In this document: one piece after another, positions 35,688-46,190 of the stretch | Position numbering within the stretch: the stretch's first letter is position 1 | How the letters are laid out: the number at the start of each line of letters is the position of its first letter | From: Acidobacteriota bacterium | GTDB lineage: Bacteria > Acidobacteriota > Vicinamibacteria > Vicinamibacterales > UBA2999 | Reading direction: 5' to 3' | Assembly: GCA_003222635.1 (NCBI GenBank) | Contig: QHWQ01000150.1 | Coordinates: forward strand, 11,307 to 75,306 | Length of the DNA: 64,000 nucleotides | Made by a program: the position numbers and the translations under genes | Notes under the pieces: model-generated | What the model was told of the DNA's origin: nothing | Seen by the model: the letters and a program-made list of their open reading frames with translations, nothing else | The model's database searches: none

Positions 35688-36259
35688 GATGCGGCCGCAT
35701 CAACCTGACGATTCGTGTCGTCGAACGTGCCGTCGGTTCGGATGACATAGTCAGCTCGCGCGATCTTGTCGTCGAGCGGCCATTGCGCGGCGATTCGTTG
35801 CGCCGCTTCGTCACGCGACAGCCCGTCGCGCTTCATCAGACGTTCGAGCTGTGTGGCCGGTTCACATGCCGTCACGACGACTGCATCGAAGTCCCGTTCA
35901 CGTCCAGCCTCAAAGAGCAAAGGGATGTCGGCAATTGCGAACGGAGCGCCACCACCCATAAGCGAGGCGAACCATCTGTCCGTTATTTCCCGCACGTATG
36001 GATGGACGATGTTTTCGAGATCGTGCCGCGCCTGCGGATCGGCGAAGACGACCGTGCCCAGTTTCTTGCGGTTCAAGGTGCCATCCGCCTCGAGAACGTC
36101 CGCGCCAAAGCGTCGAACGACGTCACGGAGTCCGGCACTTCCCGGCGCCACAGCATCGCGCGCCAGCGTGTCCGCGTCGATGGTGGGCACGCCCAGAGCT
36201 TCGAACCGTGCCCGTACGTGACTCTTCCCGGTAGCTATCCCACCAGTCAATCCAACACG
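35660..36259 (-). CDS. coaE: Dephospho-CoA kinase (no start codon of its own; reads through in frame from lapB)
   Basis: RVGLTGGIATGKSHV...TIDADTLARDAV...FADPQARHDLENIVHP...DIPLLFE... The only in-frame start candidate is the TTG within GLTGG (36250). Confidence 0.75.
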   Translation of the reverse strand, partial: RVGLTGGIATGKSHVRARFEALGVPTIDADTLARDAVAPGSAGLRDVVRRFGADVLEADGTLNRKKLGTVVFADPQARHDLENIVHPYVREITDRWFASLMGGGAPFAIADIPLLFEAGRERDFDAVVVTACEPATQLERLMKRDGLSRDEAAQRIAAQWPLDDKIARADYVIRTDGTFDDTNRQVDAAASQLQSSSVG

Positions 36260-37395
36260 AGCCGCCGTCGGCGAGTCCTTCGCCGGCGACAGCCGCTCTT
36301 CGACGAACGTGTTCCACTCGTGGCACTGCGGGCACTGCCAGAGCAGTTCCGTGCTGCGATAGCGGCAGCGCGTGCAGATGTGCGGATCGAGATAGAAGAC
36401 CGCTTCGCTCGTCAGCGCCATGTAGCGGCGGACGAGCGCCGGCTCGAGCCCGAGCGCGGAGAGCGTCTGCCAGATCTGCTGGTGAATGGCGAGGCCGTGC
36501 GGATTGTTCGGCAGCGCGTCGAAGAGCAGCTGGAGCGCCTCACGCTGGCGCGACTGCGCGGCCAGGTGCCTGCCGAGCGCCAGCCGCGCGCGCCAGTCCT
36601 GCGGGTTCTGCGCGATCAGCCGCTGACAGAACTCGGCGAACCGCCGCGGCGCGCCGAGCTGCGCATACGCGCGTTCGAGCCGGTCGAATGCCAGGTGCGC
36701 CCGGTCCGGCACTTCGCGCGCGAGCGACTCCCACGCCTCGACGGCTGCCGCGGTGTTGCCCTGGTGCTCGCGAACGTCGCCGAGGTTCAGATAGGCGGGC
36801 GCGGTGTGCGGATCGATGTCGATCGCTTCGGTAAACGTGCGGCCGGCGTCGTTGACGTCGCCGTTGCGCACGCGCGCGGTGCCGATTTCGTTGGTGAGGA
36901 ACGCGAGAATCTGGCGATCCTCCGGATGCCGCCCGCCATCGAGCCTGGCGATCTCGCTGCGGATGCGCAGCGCGTCGGCCCACTGATCCTGCTCTTCGTA
37001 GAGCTTCTGCAGATTGACGAGCGCGTAGCGGTTCTTCGGATCGAGCCGCACGACGCCTGTTCGAGCTTGGTGAGATCCGGCCGCTGCAGCAGCGACTGGT
37101 GCAGCGTGATCGCGCGGCCGACCTGACCTTTGGCGCGATACAGGTTGCCGAGGATCATCTGAATCTCGAGCGCGTCGGTCCCCGTGCTGGCGGCCTGCGT
37201 CAGCTCCTCGATCGCCTGGTCCACCTGGTTGTCCACGAGGAAGTTGAGGCCGAGCATGTAGTGGGGCGTTTCGCGCAGACGACGCCGGTCGATCCAGCGG
37301 CCGTCCCGGAGCTTGTAGCGTTCCCACGCCTTGCCGACGATCAGCCCGAGCAGCAGCGCGAAAAGAGACCCGAGGAGCGGCAGGTACTCGCCCAT
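36260..37395 (-). pseudogene. lapB: LPS assembly protein B (LapB/YciM): TM helix, TPRs and a rubredoxin-like Zn finger. Frameshift/missing block at 37054/37055 and no stop before coaE
   Basis: The N-part (MGEYLPLLGSLFALLLGLIVGKAWERYK...ITLHQSLLQRPDLTKLEQA) joins in another frame to VVRLDPKNRYALVNLQKLYEEQDQW...HICTRCRYRSTELLWQCPQCHEWNTF. Confidence 0.75.
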
Positions 37396-37407
37396 GCCCC
37401 TTTCAGC

Positions 37408-38394
37408 TTAGAACAGCTGCGTGCGCCAGAGATCGTGGAGATGGACGATGCCTTCGACCTGCTGGCCCGCGCCGACGACGACGATCGACGTGATTTTGCG
37501 CTCTTCCATGAGCCGCAGCGCTTCGACGGCAAGCATTCCGCGCGTGACGGTGACGGGGTTGCGCGTCATCACGTCGCCGGCGCGCCGCTCGAGGATCGAC
37601 GGCGCCGTGCCTTGCTGCGCGGCGAGCATGTGGCGGCGCAGGTCGCCGTCCGTGATGATGCCGACCAGCCGATCGCCCGGTTCCACGACGCACGTCATGC
37701 CGAAACTCTTGCGCGACATCTCGGCCATCACGTCGGCCATCGGCGTCTCCGCCGACACCATCGGCCGCTGGTCGCCGCCGTGCATCAGGTGATCGACACG
37801 CATCAGGCGCTTGCCGATCTTTCCACCCGGGTGAATATTCGCGAAATCTTCCCGCCGGAAACCCTTCGCGTCAAAGAGCGTCATCGCCAGCGCATCGCCA
37901 AGCGCCAGTGCGGCCGTGGTGCTGGCCGTCGGCACGAGGTTCATCGGACACGCTTCTTCGGACACCATGCAGTCGAGCGCCACATCCGCTGCCTGCCCGA
38001 GCGTGGACGTGCAGTCGCCGGTGATGGCGATCATGCGCGCGCCGAGCCGCTTGATGGTTTCCAGCAGCCGCAGCAGCTCCTCGGTTTCGCCGCTGTTGGA
38101 CAGCGCGAGAATCACGTCGTCGCCCTGCACCACGCCGAGATCGCCATGGATGGCTTCGGCCGGATGGAGAAAGAACGACGGCGTCCCTGTGCTCGACAGC
38201 GTCGCGGCGATCTTGCGCGCGATGATGCCCGATTTGCCCATGCCGGTGACGATGACGCGGCCGCGGCAGTCGAGGAGGATGCGGACGGCGTTCTCGAACC
38301 GTTCGTCGAGCCGCTCGATGAGCGCCGTTATGGCGTCGGCCTCGGTCTTGAGCACCTTCCTTGCCAGGGCGATGTCGATGTCTATTGTCTTCAC
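37408..38394 (-). CDS. kdsD: Arabinose-5-phosphate isomerase (SIS plus CBS pair)
   Basis: GRVIVTGMGKSGIIARKIAATLSSTGTPSFFLHPAEAIHGDLG...; 328 aa. Confidence 0.9.
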   Translation of the reverse strand: MKTIDIDIALARKVLKTEADAITALIERLDERFENAVRILLDCRGRVIVTGMGKSGIIARKIAATLSSTGTPSFFLHPAEAIHGDLGVVQGDDVILALSNSGETEELLRLLETIKRLGARMIAITGDCTSTLGQAADVALDCMVSEEACPMNLVPTASTTAALALGDALAMTLFDAKGFRREDFANIHPGGKIGKRLMRVDHLMHGGDQRPMVSAETPMADVMAEMSRKSFGMTCVVEPGDRLVGIITDGDLRRHMLAAQQGTAPSILERRAGDVMTRNPVTVTRGMLAVEALRLMEERKITSIVVVGAGQQVEGIVHLHDLWRTQLF

Positions 38395-39260
38395 CCCTCG
38401 ACCTCGCTCGGGGTAAACGCGCGTGCTCCCGACGCGGAAACCGTCTCGCGCGCGGCGGTGTCGATCCGTTTCAGCTTCATGATGAGCGGCTCGAGCAGGT
38501 CGAGCCGCAGCGCGTTGGCCGCATCGCTCTTCGCCTTCGATGGATCCGCGTGGACCTCCATGAACACCGCGTCAACGCCGGCGGCCACGCCCGCGGATGC
38601 GAGCGGCTCGATGTATTGCGCAAGGCCAGCGGTCACGCCGTTGCCGGCGCCGGGCAGCTGCAGGCTGTGCGTGACGTCGAAGACGACAGGATAGCCGAGC
38701 TCCCGCAGCATCGGCAGCGCGCGCATGTCGACGACGAGATCGTTGTAGCCGAAGCTGACGCCGCGCTCGGTGACAAGGACCGACTCGTTGCCGGCGCCGG
38801 TGATCTTGGAGATCACGTGCTTCATGTCCTTCGGCGCGAGGAATTGTCCCTTCTTGACGTTGACCGGCTTGCCGGTGCGCGCCGCCGCGACGAGCAGATC
38901 GGTCTGCCGCGACAGGAACGCGGGAATCTGCAGCACGTCGACCGCTCGAGCGGCAATCGCGGCCTGCGCCGGTTCATGAATGTCGGTCGACACGGGAAGA
39001 CCGGTTCTCGAGCGCACGTCGGCAAGAACGCGGAGCCCTTCATCCAGGCCCGGACCGCGGAACGAAGAGATCGATGTGCGGTTCGCCTTGTCGTACGACG
39101 CCTTGAAAATCACGGGGACGCCGCAGCGCGCGGCGATGTCGCGGATGGCCGCGGCAGTGTCGAGCGCGTGCGACGCGCTCTCGATGACGCACGGACCGAG
39201 GATGAAGGCGAGGGGGCTTCCGCCCCCAATCGAGAAGGATCCGATTCGGACCGGTCTCAC
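38391..39260 (-). CDS. kdsA: 3-deoxy-8-phosphooctulonate (KDO-8-P) synthase
   Basis: GPCVIES...FKASYDKANRTS...VLQIPAFLSRQTDL...VFDVTHSLQLPG... Confidence 0.95.
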   Translation of the reverse strand: MRPVRIGSFSIGGGSPLAFILGPCVIESASHALDTAAAIRDIAARCGVPVIFKASYDKANRTSISSFRGPGLDEGLRVLADVRSRTGLPVSTDIHEPAQAAIAARAVDVLQIPAFLSRQTDLLVAAARTGKPVNVKKGQFLAPKDMKHVISKITGAGNESVLVTERGVSFGYNDLVVDMRALPMLRELGYPVVFDVTHSLQLPGAGNGVTAGLAQYIEPLASAGVAAGVDAVFMEVHADPSKAKSDAANALRLDLLEPLIMKLKRIDTAARETVSASGARAFTPSEVEG

Positions 39261-39267
39261 GGAGTAA

Positions 39268-40941
<1,674 letters not shown>

Positions 40942-41760
40942 TCATCTGGTGGTCCGGCTAAAGCCGGACACTACCGCGTCGGTAGTGTCCGCCTTCAGGC
41001 GGACCCGAACTCGCTCCAGGTCCTCGGGCGTGTCGACGCCGATGGAGTCGTGTTTGGTTTCGACCGTGTGAATGCGATACCCGTGTTCCAGCGCGCGCAG
41101 CTGTTCGAGCGATTCGGCTTTCTCGAGCGGCGTCTGCGGCAGCGTCGCGAACTTGAGAAGGAAGGTTCGCCGGAAACCGTAGAGGCCGAGGTGCTTGTAG
41201 ATCGGTGGTTCGAGGTTCGCGGTTCGGCGGTTCGGGATCGGCGAGCGCGAGAAATACAGCGCATGACCTCTCTTATCCTTCACCACCTTCACAACATTCG
41301 GGTCGTCGTAATCGGCGCGATTCGAGATGGGGAAGCAGACGGTCGACATCTCGAGCATCGGATCGGCCAGCAGCGGCTCGATGACGGCCTCCAGCGTCTC
41401 CGGTTCGAGGAGCGGCTCGTCCCCCTGGACGTTCAGGACGATTTCGCACGAAAGATTCGCGGCGACTTCCGCGATCCGATCCGTGCCCGTGCGGTGCGTG
41501 GGCCGCGTCATCATCGCGATGCCGCCGAATGTCTTCACCGCGGCCTCGATGCGCATGTCATCGGTCGCCACCACCACCGCATCCACGCCGCGCGCGGCGG
41601 CGGCGCGGCGGTAGACGTGCTCGATCATCGGCTTGCCCGCGATCTCCGCGAGCGGTTTGCCGGGCAGACGAGTGGCGTCGTAGCGGGCGGGGATGACGGC
41701 GACAACTTGTGGGGGAGGAAGTGTTCTGTCGAAAGGATCCCGGAATCCGACAGGGTGCAC
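40942..41760 (-). CDS. kdsB: 3-deoxy-manno-octulosonate cytidylyltransferase (CMP-KDO synthetase), with a repeat-encoded C-terminal tail
   Basis: VVAVIPARYDATRLPGKPL...NVQGDEPL...GLYGFRR...GVDTPEDLERVR. The final ~20 codons ([20 protein letters not shown]) are read from the REP-like element. Confidence 0.9.
   Translation of the reverse strand: MHPVGFRDPFDRTLPPPQVVAVIPARYDATRLPGKPLAEIAGKPMIEHVYRRAAAARGVDAVVVATDDMRIEAAVKTFGGIAMMTRPTHRTGTDRIAEVAANLSCEIVLNVQGDEPLLEPETLEAVIEPLLADPMLEMSTVCFPISNRADYDDPNVVKVVKDKRGHALYFSRSPIPNRRTANLEPPIYKHLGLYGFRRTFLLKFATLPQTPLEKAESLEQLRALEHGYRIHTVETKHDSIGVDTPEDLERVRVRLKADTTDAVVSGFSRTTR
40952..41004. repeat. 54-nt triple-hairpin REP-like element (copy 2, inverted relative to copy 1)
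   Basis: GTCCGGC-TAAA-GCCGGAC / ACTACCGCGTCGGTAGT / GTCCGCC-TTCA-GGCGGAC. It lies inside the annotated 3' end of kdsB. Confidence 0.75.
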
Positions 41761-41847
41761 GACGAATCATAGCACGACAGGTTGTGGTGTCCGTCGTAAT
41801 CAGCGGAGGCGATCTGACCGAAATGTTAGAATGGCTCTGGTTTTTCG

Positions 41848-42366
41848 ATGGACTGGAAATCGACGGCGGTCATTTCGGGCGCCGGCATCCTGGCCACGTG
41901 GTTCTTCTCGATGCCGCCGACGCACGCGCCAACCAGCGCGGTGACTCCAGCTGCGCGCGCGCCGCGCCGCGACGCCACCGCCGCCATCGACATCGAAAAA
42001 GAAGCGTCGCGTCTGCAGGTCCGGCCGCGTCCGGAGGAGCACTATTCCGAACCGGCGCGCAATCCGTTCCGCTTCAACGAACGCCGCGAGCCGACGCGTC
42101 CAACAGCGGGCGTCGCGCCCGCGGCTCCGCCGGTGACGATCGTGCCGTTGCCTCCGCCTCGACCGACGATCACGCTCGACGGCGTCGCTGCTGATACGGT
42201 TGGCGGACAGGAACAGCGCACCGCCATCCTGCATACGGATGCGGGCATCGTGCTGGCGAAGCAAGGGGACGAGGTCGCCGGCTATCGCGTCACGAAGATC
42301 GCCGCTGACGCGGTGGAGCTGACGAAGATCTCCGACGGGTCCACGCTCAATCTCGCGCTGCGCTAG
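41848..42366 (+). CDS. Membrane-anchored hypothetical protein with a Pro-rich linker and a PilP/GspC-like C-terminal beta domain
   Basis: N-terminal TM helix (AVISGAGILATWFF), and a C-terminus (ITLDGVAADTVGGQEQRTAILHTDAGIVLAKQGDEVAGYRVTKIAADAVELT) resembling PilP/GspC HR-type domains. Confidence 0.4.
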   Translation: MDWKSTAVISGAGILATWFFSMPPTHAPTSAVTPAARAPRRDATAAIDIEKEASRLQVRPRPEEHYSEPARNPFRFNERREPTRPTAGVAPAAPPVTIVPLPPPRPTITLDGVAADTVGGQEQRTAILHTDAGIVLAKQGDEVAGYRVTKIAADAVELTKISDGSTLNLALR

Positions 42367-42671
42367 AACCACGAAGGCCTTTCGACAGCCACGAAGCGCA
42401 CGCGCATAGGCCCCCCGCGCGACGCGGTATTGTGAAAGCCCGCCTGGATATCGTTGTCCGAATACGCGAACCGGTGTCCCGCGACCCTGAACGACTCATA
42501 CGCCTGGTAGGGACTTGGTGCGAAGCGCTCGACTCGTCCTTCAACGGTACCGACGTGACCGGTGCGAAGGGCGTTCAGGACAGACCGATACTCGACGTAT
42601 GTGCCCGCGAATGTTCCGATGGTCCAGAGCACGGCAAATCCAATCCACACGCGCCAGAACCATTTGTCCAT
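42363..42671 (-). CDS. Small membrane protein, function unknown
   Basis: MDKWFWRVWIGFAVLWTIGTFAG... Locally lower GC. No family recognised. An alternative upstream start lies at 42722. Confidence 0.35.
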   Translation of the reverse strand: MDKWFWRVWIGFAVLWTIGTFAGTYVEYRSVLNALRTGHVGTVEGRVERFAPSPYQAYESFRVAGHRFAYSDNDIQAGFHNTASRGGPMRVRFVAVERPSWF

Positions 42672-42782
42672 GAATCGCGGCGGCTGGAAACCACCAGCTT
42701 TGATAACCGACCTCGGCGACATCGAAGACCACCCGATAGTTCATCGTGACCTTCGTGTTGGTCGCGTCGCGACCTTCGTGGT

Positions 42783-44357
42783 TTAGACGCGTACCAGCCG
42801 GACTTCTCGAATCCCCTTAACTCTTCGGACTTCGTCGAGCACGCTGTCGGGGACCGTCTCCGCGTCGACGATGACGACGCCGACCGCGCTGTTGCCTTCG
42901 CGTCCGAGCGCGAAGTTGGCGATGTTGACGCGATGCTTGCCGAGGATCGTCCCGATATCGCCGATGACCCCGGGTTGATCGGTGTTGCGGATGACGATCA
43001 TCGTCCCTTCGAGCGGCGCTTCGACGGCGATGCCATCGAGCAGCACCAGGCGGGGAGAGGTGCGCTCGAACACCGCGCCTTCCACCCATCGCTCGCCCTC
43101 GGGGTTGTGCAGCTTCACCGACAGCAGGCTCGTGTAGTTGCGGCCGCGCGTGCTCTTCGATTCGATGATCTCGATGCCGCGCTCGTGCGCGACGTTGCGC
43201 GCGTTGACCGGCGTCACGCCCATCTCGAGCATCGGCTGGAACATGCCGACCAGCACGGCGTTGGCGATCATCTCGGTGCGCCCGGCGGCCAACTCCCCGT
43301 AATAGCGGACGCCGAGCGCTTTGACGCGGCCGTCGTTCATCTGCGCCACGAAATGTCCGAGACGCTCGCCGAGCTCGAGGAAGGGCTTCAGCCGCGCAAA
43401 TTCCTCCGCCGACACGGACGGGAAGTTGACCGCGTTGCGGATGATGCCGTCGCGCAGGAAGTCGCGCAGCGCGGCCATCGTTTCCATGCCAACCAGTTCC
43501 TGTCCTTCGCGCGTGGATGCGGCGATGTGCGGCGTGGCGACGACCTGCGGCAGCGTCTGCAGCCGGTGATCGACCGTCGGCTCCTTCTGAAACACGTCGA
43601 GGGCGGCGCCGCCGACGTGTCCGGATTCGATCGCATCGGCCAGCGCGGACTCGTCGATCAGATCGCCGCGCGCCGTGTTGATGATCCGGATGCCCTGCTT
43701 CGCCTTCGCCAGCCGCTCCGCGTTGACGATGTTCTTGGTCGTCGGCGTCGAGGGCATGTGCAGCGACAGGTAGTCCGACCTGGCGAAGAGATCATCGAGC
43801 GATACGAGCTGGACGCCGAGATCGCCGGCGACGTCCTCGGAAATAAACGGGTCGTGCGCGATGATGCGCATGTCGAACGCCGCCGCGCGCCGCGCCACCT
43901 CCTGACCGATGCGGCCGAGTCCCGCCAGCCCGAGCGTCTTCTCGCGCACCTCTTCGCCGAGGAATTTCTTTTTCTCCCATTTGCCCTGCTTCATGGCGGA
44001 ATCCGCCGCAGGGAGGTGTCGCGCCAGCGACAGCATCAGACCAACAGCGAGTTCGGCGACGCTGATGCTGTTGGCGCCCGGCGCGTTCATCACGACGATG
44101 CCCCGCGCGCTCGCGGCGGGGACGTCGACGTTGTCCACACCCGTACCCGCGCGGGCGATGGCGCGCAGCTTCGGTGCCGCGTGAATCAGCGGAGCGGTGA
44201 TTTTCGTGGCGCTGCGCACGACGATGGCGTCGGCGTCGGCGAGATCCGTGGCGAGCTGTTCGGGCGCCCGGCCTGTACGGGCATCGACGGTCCAGCCTTC
44301 CGCGCGCAGCACATCCAGCGCGGATGGCGGGAGGTCGTCGGCGACTACGATTTTCAA
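42783..44357 (-). CDS. serA: D-3-phosphoglycerate dehydrogenase (long form with ASB and ACT domains)
   Basis: 524 aa, with GLAGLGRIGQEVARR, ATPHIAAST, and a C-terminal ACT domain (MIVIRNTDQPGVIGDIGTILG). Confidence 0.95.
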   Translation of the reverse strand: MKIVVADDLPPSALDVLRAEGWTVDARTGRAPEQLATDLADADAIVVRSATKITAPLIHAAPKLRAIARAGTGVDNVDVPAASARGIVVMNAPGANSISVAELAVGLMLSLARHLPAADSAMKQGKWEKKKFLGEEVREKTLGLAGLGRIGQEVARRAAAFDMRIIAHDPFISEDVAGDLGVQLVSLDDLFARSDYLSLHMPSTPTTKNIVNAERLAKAKQGIRIINTARGDLIDESALADAIESGHVGGAALDVFQKEPTVDHRLQTLPQVVATPHIAASTREGQELVGMETMAALRDFLRDGIIRNAVNFPSVSAEEFARLKPFLELGERLGHFVAQMNDGRVKALGVRYYGELAAGRTEMIANAVLVGMFQPMLEMGVTPVNARNVAHERGIEIIESKSTRGRNYTSLLSVKLHNPEGERWVEGAVFERTSPRLVLLDGIAVEAPLEGTMIVIRNTDQPGVIGDIGTILGKHRVNIANFALGREGNSAVGVVIVDAETVPDSVLDEVRRVKGIREVRLVRV

Positions 44358-44573
44358 TGTTGGAGTCTCTGGTATGAAGCGCGCACGCGACGCAAGATTT
44401 TGCCAAGTATAATCTGCGGCTGGTTGTCACGCGCGCACTACGATTGTGCAAACCGCTAGATTGCTCGGGATCGGGCCGCGATCGTGCGCGGCGCGCGACC
44501 TTTTCAACAGAGTTTTCCACAGAAACTGTGCGTATCCGAACCGCGCGTGTGGTGGCGCGACCTAATTGTCTGC

Positions 44574-44635
44574 GGTTAGTGGTTAGTGGTTCGTGAACGG
44601 CCCAACCACCAACTACCAACCACCAACCACCAACT
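44574..44635. repeat. Tandem-heptamer hairpin (GGTTAGT x3 / loop / CAACCAC-CAACTAC x4-5), hairpin locus C
   Basis: GGTTAGTGGTTAGTGGTTCGTG-AACGGCC-CAACCACCAACTACCAACCACCAACCACCAACT. It ends 3 nt before the GAAGGAG RBS of mdh. Confidence 0.8.
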
Positions 44636-44650
44636 GATCGAAGGAGTTTC

Positions 44651-45469
44651 ATGAAGCGCAAAGTGACAGTCGTTGGCGGCGCCGGAAACGTGGGCGCGAC
44701 CGTGGCCCGCCAGATCGCCGAGAAGGAACTGGCGGATGTCGTCATCATCGACATCGCCGAATCGAAGGCGGCCGGCATCGGCCTCGACATTTACGAGACG
44801 TGCCCCATCATCGGCTCCGACGTCCGCGTCATCGGCGGCAGCGACTGGGCCGCGCCGAAGCTGGTGGAGCACACGCCGGACGCGATCATCATTCCCGTCG
44901 CCAACCCGCTCGACGCGATGGCGCAGGCGCTCTACAAGCTGACGAAGTTCCCGAAGCAGCGCATCATCGGCATGGCCGGCGTGCTCGACTCGGCGCGCAT
45001 GAGCACCTTCATCGCGATGGAGTTGGACGTATCGGTCGAGAACGTCAGCTCGTTCGTGCTCGGCGGACATGGCGACACGATGGTGCCGCTGCCGCGCTAT
45101 TCGACGGTTGCCGGCATTCCGATCACGGATCTGTTGTCGAAGGACAAGATCGACGCCATCGCCAAGCGCACGGCCGGCGGCGGGCTCGAGATCACGAAGC
45201 TCGTCGGTACCAGCGCGTGGTACGCACCCGGCCAGGCGGCGACCGAGATGATCGAAGCGATCCTCCGCGACAAGAAAAAGATCCTGCCGTGCTCGGTGTA
45301 TCTGGAAGGCGAATACGGGATCAACGGTCTCTTCGTCGGCGTGCCGGTGAAGCTCGGCGCGCGCGGCATCGAGGAGATCATTCAGATCAAGCTGACGCCC
45401 GAGGAAGATGCCGCGCTGAAGAAGTCCGCGAGCTCCGTCAAGGAGCTCGTCGATCTGATTGGGATGTAG
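44651..45469 (+). CDS. mdh: Malate dehydrogenase (LDH-like family), apparently lacking an in-frame block of about 37 aa
   Basis: 272 aa against roughly 310 expected. ...[11 protein letters not shown] joins directly to [22 protein letters not shown]. The segment carrying the conserved PRKPGMSRDDL substrate-binding arginines is absent. The rest is intact ([21 protein letters not shown]). Confidence 0.8.
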   Translation: MKRKVTVVGGAGNVGATVARQIAEKELADVVIIDIAESKAAGIGLDIYETCPIIGSDVRVIGGSDWAAPKLVEHTPDAIIIPVANPLDAMAQALYKLTKFPKQRIIGMAGVLDSARMSTFIAMELDVSVENVSSFVLGGHGDTMVPLPRYSTVAGIPITDLLSKDKIDAIAKRTAGGGLEITKLVGTSAWYAPGQAATEMIEAILRDKKKILPCSVYLEGEYGINGLFVGVPVKLGARGIEEIIQIKLTPEEDAALKKSASSVKELVDLIGM

Positions 45470-45496
45470 GGCGGGTAGGGCGAAGCCCCACCCGCC
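45470..45496. terminator. 12-bp GC hairpin filling exactly the gap between two convergent stop codons
   Basis: GGCGGGTAGGGC-GAA-GCCCCACCCGCC lies between the mdh TAG (45467-45469) and the sigma-factor TAA (45497-45499). There is no T-tract. It shares the GGCGGGT motif with the G-rich repeats. Confidence 0.5.
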
Positions 45497-46138
45497 TTAC
45501 GCGCCTGAAAGAGCGGCGGAGAGCCGCTTCAGCGAGCGGCTCACCGCCACGCGCGCCGCATCGACCGAGGCCATGCCGAAGCGTTGCGCGATCTCCGCGA
45601 TACTCCACTGGACCTCAATCCGCGCGACGATCATCTCGCGGTCGCGCGTCCGCAGCTTCTCGAGCGCGCTGCGGTAGCGGTCGTAGGCTTCGTCCCGAAT
45701 GACCACTTCGAGCGGTGAGGTCATGTCCGACGGCGGCTCCTCGGTGAGCTCGGAGAGCTGGGGCCGCCGGCCGACTTTCCGAATCTCGTCGCGAATGCGA
45801 TTGATCACCGACATCCGCAGGTAGGCCTGCATCGCGCCGACGTGCCGCGGCTCGAACTTGTCGAGGCGGGCGAGCACGTGCATCGCCGCGTCCTGCACCA
45901 GGTCGCCGGTATCGAGCTGGCCGCGCGCGTGCGGCGGGAGCCGGCCGTGCGCCCACCGCTTCAGCGGCGGCAGACACCGCTCGAGCAGCGCCTCGAGCGC
46001 CATCCGATCTCCATTGCGGGCCGACAGCACGAGCTCGATGGTCGGCTCGTCGCTGAGCAGCGCGACACCTTCAGTCTCGGGAGCCTCTTCGTTTGCCATA
46101 CGCAGGCGGGCGCCCGCCATCATAGTCAATCGGGACAT
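45497..46138 (-). CDS. ECF-type sigma factor, divergent from a Ser/Thr kinase
   Basis: Region 2 (LVLSARNGDRMALEALLERCLPPLKRWAHGRLP...DLVQDAAMHVL) and region 4 (IVARIEVQWSIAEIAQRFGMASVDAARVAVSRSLKRL). Alternative ATG at 46099. Confidence 0.8.
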   Translation of the reverse strand: MSRLTMMAGARLRMANEEAPETEGVALLSDEPTIELVLSARNGDRMALEALLERCLPPLKRWAHGRLPPHARGQLDTGDLVQDAAMHVLARLDKFEPRHVGAMQAYLRMSVINRIRDEIRKVGRRPQLSELTEEPPSDMTSPLEVVIRDEAYDRYRSALEKLRTRDREMIVARIEVQWSIAEIAQRFGMASVDAARVAVSRSLKRLSAALSGA

Positions 46139-46190
46139 CGCGTATCCGCTCTATTCCCATAACGACGGCTCGCACATAATCGAACACTCA

